In this document: positions 1-8,577 of the stretch, in pieces
How the letters are laid out: each line of letters begins with the position of its first letter
Position numbering within the stretch: position 1 is the first letter of the stretch
Notes under the pieces: model-generated
The model's input: the letters and a program-made list of their open reading frames with translations, nothing else
Told to the model about the DNA's origin: nothing
Database searches by the model: none
Source: Candidatus Aenigmatarchaeota archaeon
Lineage (GTDB): Archaea; Aenigmatarchaeota; Aenigmatarchaeia; QMZP01; QMZT01
Direction: 5' to 3'
DNA length: 46,979 nt
NCBI GenBank assembly: GCA_043808015.1
Contig: JAZDFI010000028.1
Coordinates: 1-46,979 of the forward strand
Position numbers and translations under genes: made by a program

Positions 1-2
1 AT

Positions 3-404
3 TTCCTTTTCGTCTCCGCCGATTGCGAGAATGTCAATGTCCGAATGCTTGTCAGCGACGCCCTTCGCGTGCGAGCCGAAAAGCAGCGCGATTAAGGGGA
101 ACGTCAGCTCAGCGAGCCTGTTGCGGATGACGAGAAAGTCCTTATTTTTCAGGAGTTCTTCTCTTCTGAGGTATTCTGCTTCGAAAACCCTGCTGCCGAA
201 CTTGTGCGCGAACTCGCAGATATTGGAATTGCCTGTCCTCGTTATTTTGAGCAGGCCATCCTTTTCGAGATTCATGGCCTGTTCATACGCTATCCTGTAA
301 TTGATTTTCAGCGTTTCAGCTATCTTTCTTATCGTAAACCTGTCATCTTTCCTGTCAAGCAACAGCTTCAGTATTCTGACATCACTGCTGATCTTACTGT
401 CCAT
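3..404 (-). CDS. HTH + minimal nucleotidyltransferase (MNT) domain protein, 3' end runs off the window
   Basis: Not in the ORF track. Manual translation from ATG at 404: MDSKISSDVRILKLLLDRKDDRFTIRKIAETLKINYRIAYEQ...LFGSHAKGVADKHSDIDILAI. This has an N-terminal HTH-like segment and the GS-x-DxD pol-beta NTase motif. Confidence 0.8.
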   Translation of the reverse strand, partial: MDSKISSDVRILKLLLDRKDDRFTIRKIAETLKINYRIAYEQAMNLEKDGLLKITRTGNSNICEFAHKFGSRVFEAEYLRREELLKNKDFLVIRNRLAELTFPLIALLFGSHAKGVADKHSDIDILAIGGDEKE

Positions 405-516
405 ATTATTACCTTTTGTAATAGTATTATTACAAATAGTAATATATAAATGTTTGCTTGGGCAAATTAAACGGCACCATATATACATTATAAACAACGG
501 AGGCGAATAATCAAAC

Positions 517-879
517 ATGGCCGAAAAGACGCATGCAAAGAAGCCTGCTCGCTTGCGACATATGCCCAGCCAGGTCGAGCGGAAGCGATACGTCTTCTTC
601 AGGATACAGTCCAGCATGAGGCTCGACTTTTCGGAGGCGAGGAACGCCATCATGGGCTCGATGATCGGCTGGATGGGCGAGAGCGGCATGGCGAAGGCCA
701 AGCCGTGGGTCATCCGCAACCTGTGGAGCGACAGGGAAGGCGTCATCCAATGCTCGCACAAATACGTCGACGACGTGAAGTTCGCTTTAGCGCTTGTGAG
801 GCAAATAGGCGATTCGAAGGCGATATTCCAGACCGTGCGCGTCTCGGGCACGCTCAAGTCCGGGAAGGAAAAGCTCTAG
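517..879 (+). CDS. rnp2: Ribonuclease P protein component 2 (Pop5/Rpp14 family)
   Basis: ERKRYVFFRI near the N-terminus, GVIQCSHKYVDDVKFAL, and C-terminal VSGTLKS are typical of archaeal Pop5; 120 aa. Confidence 0.85.
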   Translation: MAEKTHAKKPARLRHMPSQVERKRYVFFRIQSSMRLDFSEARNAIMGSMIGWMGESGMAKAKPWVIRNLWSDREGVIQCSHKYVDDVKFALALVRQIGDSKAIFQTVRVSGTLKSGKEKL

Positions 880-915
880 TTCTATAGCTTCCGGAAACCG
901 AAGAAACTGGAAACA

Positions 916-1428
916 TCACGCTTTCTTTTTGAGAAGCGCCTCCCGCATCTTCTCGTAGGAAATGCGCGTGCGGCCCAGCGTGAAGTCTATTATGGCGAAA
1001 TGCCTGTCCGTGCCCGACTGCAGGAACGAGTCCTCTATGAAGCCGGAGTCTCCCTTGAAAAATTCGAAATATTTTTCCACGAGCGCCTCGTCCGGGCCGA
1101 CGACTATCAGGCTGGCGTTCCTGTACGGCTTGTTCAGCGGCGGGTCCAGGGCAAGGTCGCGTATGTCTTCCGGCTTGTTCACATGCCATCCGAGGATATT
1201 CGAGTCGATCATGAAAAGCCGGGGCGTGCCTTCCAGCGGTTTGAAGAACATGGCCCTGTAGAGCTCGGTGTCTGGCGTTTTGACGATGAGCTTGCCCAGA
1301 TACTCATCGTTCGCGTTTTCTTCGGGCATGAAGCCCCCGCCGTAAAGAAGGTGTATGCTGTTCTGGTTGCATTTTATGCGCGGGTATTTGGGCAGCGGCT
1401 CTATCGGTGGCGGCTCAATCATCTGCAT
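916..1428 (-). CDS. Hypothetical protein (start may be ATG at 1329)
   Basis: Protein-like ORF filling the gap between rnp2 and nadA; no recognisable motif. Confidence 0.55.
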   Translation of the reverse strand: MQMIEPPPIEPLPKYPRIKCNQNSIHLLYGGGFMPEENANDEYLGKLIVKTPDTELYRAMFFKPLEGTPRLFMIDSNILGWHVNKPEDIRDLALDPPLNKPYRNASLIVVGPDEALVEKYFEFFKGDSGFIEDSFLQSGTDRHFAIIDFTLGRTRISYEKMREALLKKKA

Positions 1429-1511
1429 CCTTTCACATTATTGAGTTGGAAGTTAGCAATTAATTTATTTATGTATCCTGAAGCCAGAATATCAAAAGGT
1501 CAGGTGTCCGC

Positions 1512-2414
1512 ATGAAGACAGAGGAGCTCATCAGGAAGATCAAGGAACTGAAAAAGGCGAAGAATGCGATAATCCTCGTCCACAACTACCAGCGGCCGGA
1601 GATATACGAGGTCGCGGATTGCATAGGCGATTCCCTGGAGCTGGCGCTGCGCGCGAAGAAGGCGAAGGCTAAGATCATTGTTTTTTGCGGGGTCGACTTC
1701 ATGGCAGAATCGGCGAAGCTGCTGAACCCCGCCAAGAAAGTGCTGATTCCCGACGTCGAAGCGAAATGCCCGATGGCCGCGATGGCGACTGCCGGGAAGC
1801 TGCGCCAGAAAAAGACAGAGTACCCGCGGGCGTGCGTGGTGGCATACATAAACACGAACGCCGCGACTAAAGCCGAATCGGACGTGTGCTGCACTTCCGC
1901 GAACTTCAAGGAGGCAGTCGAGGCGCTTTCCGCGCACGAGGTCATATTCGTGCCGGACTACAACATGGCGAAACACGTTCAGTCGAAGACGAGGAAGAAG
2001 ATAATACCGTGGCCGGGATTCTGCATCGTCCACGACGCCGTCGACCCTAAGGCCGTGAAGAAGCTCAAGTGGCGCCACCCGAAGGCGAAGGTGATAGCCC
2101 ACCCCGAAAATCCGGAAGACGTGCTGGCGCTGGCCGATCACGTGTGCGGCACGGGCGGCATGATAAAATACGCCAAAACATCGAAAGCGAAGGAGTTCAT
2201 AGTCGTCACCGAAGAGGGGATGTGCGAGCGGCTGCGCCGCGAAGTGAAGGGCAAGAAATTCTTCGCCGCCGCGGGCGTGTGCCAGAACATGAAGAAGACG
2301 ACGCTCGAGAAGGTTTACGCCTGCCTACGCGACGGGACGGGCGAAGTGCTCGTCGATAGCGCGGTCGCGGAGAAGGCGAGACGCGCTCTCGACAGGATGC
2401 TCAAGCTCAAATGA
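1512..2414 (+). CDS. nadA: Quinolinate synthase NadA
   Basis: HNYQRPEI, GDSLEL, FCGVDFMAE, CPMA, YINT, CIVH, AHPE and CQNMK motifs, including the three Fe-S cysteines. Confidence 0.95.
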   Translation: MKTEELIRKIKELKKAKNAIILVHNYQRPEIYEVADCIGDSLELALRAKKAKAKIIVFCGVDFMAESAKLLNPAKKVLIPDVEAKCPMAAMATAGKLRQKKTEYPRACVVAYINTNAATKAESDVCCTSANFKEAVEALSAHEVIFVPDYNMAKHVQSKTRKKIIPWPGFCIVHDAVDPKAVKKLKWRHPKAKVIAHPENPEDVLALADHVCGTGGMIKYAKTSKAKEFIVVTEEGMCERLRREVKGKKFFAAAGVCQNMKKTTLEKVYACLRDGTGEVLVDSAVAEKARRALDRMLKLK

Positions 2415-2425
2415 AGCGTTGAACA

Positions 2426-2860
2426 ATGTCGCTTTTTATTTTTAACCTCGAAATTATACGGATGGGAGAAAAGCCATTTAACAGAAAACTCAGAAAAGAG
2501 ACAATTGCTGACAAAGCTTTCAACCAGCCGTACATCCCAGAGGAAGACGTCTTTTCACCCGGTTCTGATGCCCCGCTGGCAATCCCTTCTCCTGCAAAGA
2601 CACGCACTGACGTTTTAGCAGAATATAAGATGCAGGAAAATATGCTCAAAAGGTTGTCCAGAACGCAGAGCAGCCAGGACTTGCACCTTTTTGGAGTCGA
2701 GCCCTTGGGCGCGCGCGAAACTTTTAAGGCCGGCAGCGAAGTCACATACACCCACAGGCTTTTCCCACGCACGTTTTTTGTTTATGAAGTAGGCAAATTT
2801 ATCAGCTCGGCAGGCGCCCCCAATTACCTGCTCGAATTTAAGCGTGTCACGAATTATTAG
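2426..2860 (+). CDS. Hypothetical protein (start possibly 2462)
   Basis: Co-oriented ORF between nadA and nadB with lower GC than its neighbours; no motif. Confidence 0.5.
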   Translation: MSLFIFNLEIIRMGEKPFNRKLRKETIADKAFNQPYIPEEDVFSPGSDAPLAIPSPAKTRTDVLAEYKMQENMLKRLSRTQSSQDLHLFGVEPLGARETFKAGSEVTYTHRLFPRTFFVYEVGKFISSAGAPNYLLEFKRVTNY

Positions 2861-2910
2861 AAAGCGCGCAAATTGTGATTTTTAAACACGCTAAATGATA
2901 ATTAACCTTA

Positions 2911-4437
2911 ATGATAAAGTCTGATTTTCTGGTCATAGGCTCCGGGATTGCGGGCCTAAACTTCGCTCTGCAGGCCGGCGAATACGGCAGCGTATGCCTC
3001 GTGACGAAGAAGGACGCCGTCGAATCGAACACGAATTTCGCCCAGGGCGGGATAGCCGCGGTTTTTTCGAAGACGGACAGCTTCAATCTGCATGTACGCG
3101 ACACGCTCAAATCCGGCGATGGTTTATGCGACAAATACGCGGTCGAAATTATGGTTAAGCAGGCGCCTGACGAGATAGAGAATCTCATGGCGCTTGGAGC
3201 GACGTTCGATAAAGATTCCAAGGCAGGCGGACTGCAAATGGGGCAGGAAGGCGGTCACTCACGAAAGCGAATCGTTCACAGAGGCGACATGACGGGCGCG
3301 GAAATCGAGAAGGCTATGATCGAGGCCGCTAAATCGAGAGGCATCCGCATCTTCGAGAAGCACGTCGCCTTCGACCTCATACTCAAGGACGGCGCGTGCA
3401 TAGGCGCGCGCGTCTTCGACGTCGGGAAAAGGCGCGTCGTTGACTTCTTTGCAAAGTCGGTAGCGCTGGCGACTGGCGGATTGTGCGAGATTTACGAGAA
3501 CACTTCCAATCCCGAAATCGCGACCGGCGGCGGGCTGGCGATGGGCTTCCGCGCAGGATGCGAAGTGGAGGACATCGAGTTCGTCCAGTTCCACCCGACC
3601 GCGCTGCGCCGCAAGGGAAAGCCCTTCTTCCTGATATCCGAAGCGGTCCGCGGCGAGGGCGGGAAGCTGGTGAATGCGAATGGGAAACGCTTCGTCAAGG
3701 AGCTCGCTCTCAGGGATGAGGTGTCGCGCGCAGTGCTCAGGGAATCGAAATCGGGGAAGGTTTATCTTGACATGACTCATATGGGCAAGGCGTTCGTGCG
3801 AGAGCGGTTTCCGACGATTTACAGGACGTGCCTCGAGAACGGGGTAGACATAACGCAGGATAAAATCCCGGTCGAGCCTGTCGCCCACTACACGTGCGGC
3901 GGGCTGAAGACTGACGTCGACGGGAAGACGAACGTCCCGGGGCTTTACGCGCTCGGCGAGGTCGCGTGCACCGGCGTCCACGGCGCGAACAGGCTCGCCT
4001 CCAATTCGCTGCTCGAGTCGCTTGTTTTTTCATCACGTGCGGCCGAATCGGCGCACGCATACAACGTCGGCAGGGAGATCGGCTTTGCGAACACCGGACA
4101 GATGAGCGTCGCCAGCGCACGCCCGACGGAGCTGAAGACGAAGCTGAAGTCCGTCATGTGGAAGCACGCGGGCATAGTGCGTGACGAGAAAGGCCTGAAG
4201 AAGGCGCTCAGGGAGATATCGCTCATGCAGGCTTACATGTCCAGGATGAAAGGAGTCGATGAAGAGATAATCGAGATAAACAACATGCTTCTGGCGGCGA
4301 GGCTCGTCGTTAGCGCCGCTCTAGCGCGCACCGAATCGAGGGGCTGCCACTTCAGGGAGGACTATCCGGAGAGGACGGAAGAATGGGAAAGGCACATCTC
4401 GCTGAAGAGGGCTGGAAAGGGAATCCTGAAGCTCTGA
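2911..4437 (+). CDS. nadB: L-aspartate oxidase NadB
   Basis: GSGIAG FAD motif, AQGGIA, EGGHSRKRIVH, QFHPT, LISEAVRGEG, HYTCGG, GVHGANRLASNSL and ESRGCHFR; lies next to nadA. Confidence 0.93.
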   Translation: MIKSDFLVIGSGIAGLNFALQAGEYGSVCLVTKKDAVESNTNFAQGGIAAVFSKTDSFNLHVRDTLKSGDGLCDKYAVEIMVKQAPDEIENLMALGATFDKDSKAGGLQMGQEGGHSRKRIVHRGDMTGAEIEKAMIEAAKSRGIRIFEKHVAFDLILKDGACIGARVFDVGKRRVVDFFAKSVALATGGLCEIYENTSNPEIATGGGLAMGFRAGCEVEDIEFVQFHPTALRRKGKPFFLISEAVRGEGGKLVNANGKRFVKELALRDEVSRAVLRESKSGKVYLDMTHMGKAFVRERFPTIYRTCLENGVDITQDKIPVEPVAHYTCGGLKTDVDGKTNVPGLYALGEVACTGVHGANRLASNSLLESLVFSSRAAESAHAYNVGREIGFANTGQMSVASARPTELKTKLKSVMWKHAGIVRDEKGLKKALREISLMQAYMSRMKGVDEEIIEINNMLLAARLVVSAALARTESRGCHFREDYPERTEEWERHISLKRAGKGILKL

Positions 4438-4537
4438 AGACTCAACTGAGCTGATACGTCTTGCGAATTCGAACATTATATGCATCAGCAATTATGTTTA
4501 AACATAGGTTTAATAGTCGTGTAAACCATCTTTTAGA

Positions 4538-5035
4538 ATGGTGTTTTTTCATGTTGATTTGTCAAATCAAATACACAATAAGTGGTATAGAGATACCGTT
4601 TTAGCTGCCGTCAGCGAAAATTCAAAATATGCTATTAGATTATGCGCTAAAGATAAAGAAACATTAAAGCATAGATTTATTGGTAAAACTGGAGATTCTC
4701 GCGTTAACGATGTAAAAACAATAGCAATTGTTTATGCTTATTTAGTTTACAAAATGGTTAAACTCATAAACGATTACGAAGACCTAACATTGAATCTTTG
4801 CCGGGATCACAGGCCTGACACAACTGTATACAAGTGCATACAGCAGATTTTTTCTATAATGGGGATATCACAAGATGTAAGGATAAAATTTAGAAGGAAA
4901 CAAGAAGGTAAATCTAAAGCTCACAAACATGCCAAACACGTATACAAGAAAAGAGCAAGAGAAAATTATAAGATAAACAATAACGATATTGCAGAACTTT
5001 CTAGATTAATAGAGGAAATAAATGAAAATGTGTAA
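4538..5035 (+). CDS. AT-rich hypothetical protein, possibly RNase H-fold / DUF3800-like
   Basis: 165-aa basic ORF, much more AT-rich than its flanks. N-terminal FHVDLS resembles the hhDES strand of DUF3800-like proteins (weak resemblance). Confidence 0.6.
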   Translation: MVFFHVDLSNQIHNKWYRDTVLAAVSENSKYAIRLCAKDKETLKHRFIGKTGDSRVNDVKTIAIVYAYLVYKMVKLINDYEDLTLNLCRDHRPDTTVYKCIQQIFSIMGISQDVRIKFRRKQEGKSKAHKHAKHVYKKRARENYKINNNDIAELSRLIEEINENV

Positions 5036-5112
5036 GGATTGGGCATTTTCGCCCCAAGCCAAGCAACGCCCTTTCGGCGAACCTATTTAGGCGATACACA
5101 AGGTATCCTTAC
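5032..5112 (-). ncRNA. Putative ~81-nt multi-stem structured RNA convergent with ORF 4538-5035
   Basis: 8-bp closing stem GTAAGGAT/ATCCTTAC encloses hairpins CGCC-GAAAG-GGCG, GGGC-GAAAAT-GCCC and GCCT-AAAT-AGGT (minus strand). TATA-like TTTAAG lies 26 nt upstream. Confidence 0.55.
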
Positions 5113-5138
5113 TACAATATGTTATTAACGTATGTGAG

Positions 5139-5144
5139 CTTAAA
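5139..5144 (-). promoter_or_regulatory. TATA-like box for the putative ncRNA
   Basis: ATTTAAGC on the minus strand; same word and nearly the same spacing as the box upstream of tRNA-Ser. Confidence 0.45.
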
Positions 5145-5319
5145 TATCCACGTTTAAACTCTTCTGCGTCTTTTTGGCTTCAATTTTCATGTAATTTATC
5201 AATCTTATCTGTTATTTTTGACACGCGTGCATCTTCTATTACAAAAAAGACATAACTGCACGAGTCCGGCACAAATTTAAATATATACATGGAGTATATG
5301 TGTATATTATGGTGTTTTG

Positions 5320-5499
5320 ATGGGCAAACTAAAATTCCCCGAGGCTGAAGCGAGGCTTTTCACTCACATATTCATCTGCCAGTCATGCGGCGCGCGCATC
5401 AGGGCCGACCCGGCGAAAGTGAAGGCGAAGAAAATCAAGTGCAGGAAGTGCCGCAAGAAACAGCTGAGGGCAATCAAGAAAGAACGCAAGACAGTCTAA
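5320..5499 (+). CDS. rpl40e: 50S ribosomal protein L40e
   Basis: KFPEAEARLF...ICQSCGAR...KCRKC...LRAIKKE, the zinc-ribbon pattern of archaeal L40e. Confidence 0.9.
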   Translation: MGKLKFPEAEARLFTHIFICQSCGARIRADPAKVKAKKIKCRKCRKKQLRAIKKERKTV

Positions 5500-5553
5500 G
5501 GCGCTCGCGACCGTTTTCCGGATTTTTATACGGGTTAGCCCAAAGATTATACT

Positions 5554-6459
5554 ATGGATCTAATCGAACTGCTGGGCATGATGAGGCCGGGCAACTGCCT
5601 GATGGCTGCCGCGGGCGCTCTGATAGGCGCGCTCATCGCTATCGGAGGGATTAACGGCCTGTTCAGCGCGCAGTTCATGCTGGTCGCGGTTGCCGTCATC
5701 GCCATAACGGGCGCAGGCAACGTGATAAACGACTACTGCGACGTCGAGGCGGATAAGGTTAACAGGCCGCGAAGGCCGATTCCTTCAGGCGCGGTATCGA
5801 AACGCGGGGCGCTCGTTTTCGCGGTCCTGCTCTTCGCTCTCGGCAGCTTCTGCGCGCTCACCATAAGCTGGGCGTGCTTCTTCATCGCGCTTTTCAACAC
5901 ATTGCTGCTCGTCGTCTACTCGTGGACGCTGCAGCACAAGGTCTTCATAGGCAACATAACGGTCGGGTATCTTGTAGGATCGGTGTTCTTTTTCGGCGCG
6001 GCCGCTTTCTTCAACGGCAGGATAGGCATCGCCCTCGTCCTGACCGCGCTCGCGATGATGGTCAACGTGTCGAGGGAAATCGTCAAGGACATGGAGGACA
6101 TGGAAGGCGACAGGAAGAGCTTCCTGAAAAGGATCGCGTCTTCAGGGAAGAAACGCGGCGAGCGCTTCAAAATGACGGATGACGGCGCGAGGCTGCGGTA
6201 CAACGAAAGGATGATGATAGTCATATCCATATTCTGTCTGCTGGTGGCGGTCGCGCTTTCGGCGGTCCCGTATTATTTCGGCTATCTCAGGGCAAGCTAC
6301 GTCATCGTCATCCTCGCGGCGGATGCTCTGTTCGTCTCCTGCATCTACTCCGTGCTCAGGGGACAGCGGAAGAAGAAGGGCTATGCGCGCATAAGCAGCC
6401 GTTTGAAATACGCCATGCTCATAGCCATGGCAGCTTTCGTCGCAGGGGTCATTTTCTGA
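5554..6459 (+). CDS. Digeranylgeranylglyceryl phosphate synthase (UbiA prenyltransferase family)
   Basis: MRPGNC, GNVINDYCDVEADKVNRPRRPIPSG and REIVKDMEDMEGD motifs; multiple TM helices. Confidence 0.85.
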   Translation: MDLIELLGMMRPGNCLMAAAGALIGALIAIGGINGLFSAQFMLVAVAVIAITGAGNVINDYCDVEADKVNRPRRPIPSGAVSKRGALVFAVLLFALGSFCALTISWACFFIALFNTLLLVVYSWTLQHKVFIGNITVGYLVGSVFFFGAAAFFNGRIGIALVLTALAMMVNVSREIVKDMEDMEGDRKSFLKRIASSGKKRGERFKMTDDGARLRYNERMMIVISIFCLLVAVALSAVPYYFGYLRASYVIVILAADALFVSCIYSVLRGQRKKKGYARISSRLKYAMLIAMAAFVAGVIF

Positions 6460-6537
6460 CGCCGGTTCGGATAGCGAACCTAAATCTAATAAGGAAGTTC
6501 CACAATACAAGTATAATTCAGGATACCGGGTGCGATT

Positions 6538-7935
6538 ATGCTGGGAAAACTCAGGAAGATGAAAAGGGGAGAAAGGGATTTGACCAAAGGCGACACGGCA
6601 AGAACGCTTTTCATGCTCTCGCTGCCGGTCATAATAGGCACATCGCTGCAGATAGCCTTCAACCTTACAGACACGTTCTTCGTGAGCATGATGGGTTCCG
6701 ACGCACTCGCGGCTATAAGCGTCACGTTCCCGGTCTTCTTCATCGCGATAGCCATAGCATCCGGGCTCAACATCGGCTCGACCGCGCTCATCTCGCACTC
6801 TATAGGCGCGGGCAGGAGCAAAGACGCTGCGAACGTGTCGATGCACGCGATAGTGATGGCTCTCGTTTCGGGCGCGACCGTCGCGATAGTTGGATTTTTG
6901 TTTGCGAGGCAGATATTCGGCCTGATGGGCATTAGCGGAGCGACTCTCGAGATGACGCTGCAGTACATGAACATCATATTTTTCGGCTTCGTCCTGCAGT
7001 TCCTGGGCATGATATCGCAGGGCATAATACAGGCGGACGGCAACACCGTCACGCCGACCAAGAACCTCGTCGCGGGCGTGATAGCGAACGTGATACTCGA
7101 CCCGCTCCTGATATTCGGCTTCGGCCCGGTGCCTGCGATGGGCGTCACGGGCGCGGCGCTAGCGACGGTTGCGACGATAGCGATAGTGGCGACGCTGAAT
7201 TTTTACCACATATTGTCCGGCAAGACGTCGCTGTGCATAAAGAGGGAGTGCTTCAGGTTCGACGGCAAGCTGGTGAAAAAAATATTCTTCATCGGCCTCC
7301 CGTCTTCGATAAGCCAGTCGTTCAACAGCATAGGCATGTTCCTGCTTATGAGCCTGGTCGGCACGTTCGGGACGTCCGCGATCGCCGCGTTCGGAGTGGG
7401 CATACGCCTGGAGTCGATAGCCATCATGCCCTCGATAGGGTTAATGATAGCGCTCATCCCGTTCGTGGGCCAGAACCTCGGCGCGGAGAAGCCGGACAGG
7501 GCGCGCGAGGGCGTGAAGCTGGCTTCTTACGCCACGATACTTTTCATGCTTTTCTTCTCGGCGGTATGGTTCCTTACGCCTGAGTCGCTTTTCATCCCGT
7601 TCACGAGCGACCCGGCAATCCTCGCTACGGGCGCGATGTATTTCAGGATAATCGCCCTTGGTTACGTTTTCATGGGTCTCAATTTCGTCCTCGGCGGCGC
7701 GCTGCAGGCGGCAGGGAGGACAGACCTCCAGCTGATTATAAACATAACGCGGTGGGTCGTCGTCATATCGCTGGCGTATTTTTTCGCCTCTTTCATGGGG
7801 CTCGACGGCGTGTGGCTCGGCTTCCCGATAGGAAACTTCGCAGGCTTCCTGCTGGCATACTCGCTGTTCAGGTCAGGATACTGGCTGAAGAACCGCAGAA
7901 AACTGCACAGTTTCGTGCCGCAGGAAACCGCATGA
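6538..7935 (+). CDS. MATE family efflux transporter
   Basis: DLTKG...LFMLSLP, DTFFVS, NVILDPLLIFG...GVTGAALAT and GQNLGA; about 12 TM helices. Confidence 0.92.
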   Translation: MLGKLRKMKRGERDLTKGDTARTLFMLSLPVIIGTSLQIAFNLTDTFFVSMMGSDALAAISVTFPVFFIAIAIASGLNIGSTALISHSIGAGRSKDAANVSMHAIVMALVSGATVAIVGFLFARQIFGLMGISGATLEMTLQYMNIIFFGFVLQFLGMISQGIIQADGNTVTPTKNLVAGVIANVILDPLLIFGFGPVPAMGVTGAALATVATIAIVATLNFYHILSGKTSLCIKRECFRFDGKLVKKIFFIGLPSSISQSFNSIGMFLLMSLVGTFGTSAIAAFGVGIRLESIAIMPSIGLMIALIPFVGQNLGAEKPDRAREGVKLASYATILFMLFFSAVWFLTPESLFIPFTSDPAILATGAMYFRIIALGYVFMGLNFVLGGALQAAGRTDLQLIINITRWVVVISLAYFFASFMGLDGVWLGFPIGNFAGFLLAYSLFRSGYWLKNRRKLHSFVPQETA

Positions 7936-7958
7936 ATTTTTAAGAAGGCAATGCAATA

Positions 7959-8258
7959 ATGATTACTATGAACAAATACAAGTTCGTCAGCAACAGGCTA
8001 ATGAAGAACTCGAAAGGCGAGGAAAAGGGCAAGATGCGCGTGATGGTGCCCAGCGGGACTGAAACCGCGCACATGGATTACGTATGTCCCGAATGCGGCC
8101 TGGCGAAGCACGAGGAAACGCCCTGGATAAGGCCATTCGCCTTCAAATGCCCGAAGTGCGGTTTCCTGATGAAGCTGCCCAAGCTCAAGGAAGAAATAAA
8201 GAAAGAAAAGAAGCTGGCGAAGAAAGAGCTCGAAAAAAGCTCCGGTTTGGATGTTTAA
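7959..8258 (+). CDS. Zinc-ribbon hypothetical protein
   Basis: CPECG...CPKCG pair followed by a lysine-rich C-terminus. Confidence 0.65.
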   Translation: MITMNKYKFVSNRLMKNSKGEEKGKMRVMVPSGTETAHMDYVCPECGLAKHEETPWIRPFAFKCPKCGFLMKLPKLKEEIKKEKKLAKKELEKSSGLDV

Positions 8259-8304
8259 ACATCGTAAAAACGCATTTAAAACCGCCAACTAATTTTTAAA
8301 TGGT

Positions 8305-8511
8305 ATGATAGATTCCAAGCTGTTTGAGCTCATGGCGTGCCCCAAATGCAAGGGAAGCATACACGAAAAAGGCATGTTCGTCCTGTGCAGGAAATGCGAG
8401 CTCGCTTTTCCGGTCCTGGACCAAAGCATACCCGACATGATAATAGACGAGGCATGGCCGCTCCAGAAGGCTGAGAAAAGCGGTTTCAAGCACGACCTGA
8501 AAATAGAATAA
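8305..8511 (+). CDS. Trm112 family methyltransferase activator
   Basis: MIDSKLFELMACPKCKG...LCRKC...FPVLDQSIPDMIIDEA is the Trm112 signature. Confidence 0.8.
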   Translation: MIDSKLFELMACPKCKGSIHEKGMFVLCRKCELAFPVLDQSIPDMIIDEAWPLQKAEKSGFKHDLKIE

Positions 8512-8546
8512 AGCATCGCTAGCGCTAGTTCTGAGACGAATTAGTA

Positions 8547-8552
8547 TTTAAG
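8547..8552 (+). promoter_or_regulatory. TATA box of tRNA-Ser
   Basis: TTTAAG located 25 nt upstream of the tRNA 5' end. Confidence 0.55.
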
Positions 8553-8577
8553 CAGGGCAAGCATTAATTAAAATTAC

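Noticed and set aside
3259-3981. Long antisense ORFs (this one and many others opposite GC-rich genes)
   Set aside because: Shadow ORFs produced by high GC3 codon bias on the opposite strand of well-supported genes.
6110-6210. Basic insertion in DGGGP synthase as a possible in-frame intron
   Set aside because: Only a modest 8-bp hairpin with no BHB geometry, and the frame stays open; more likely a protein loop.
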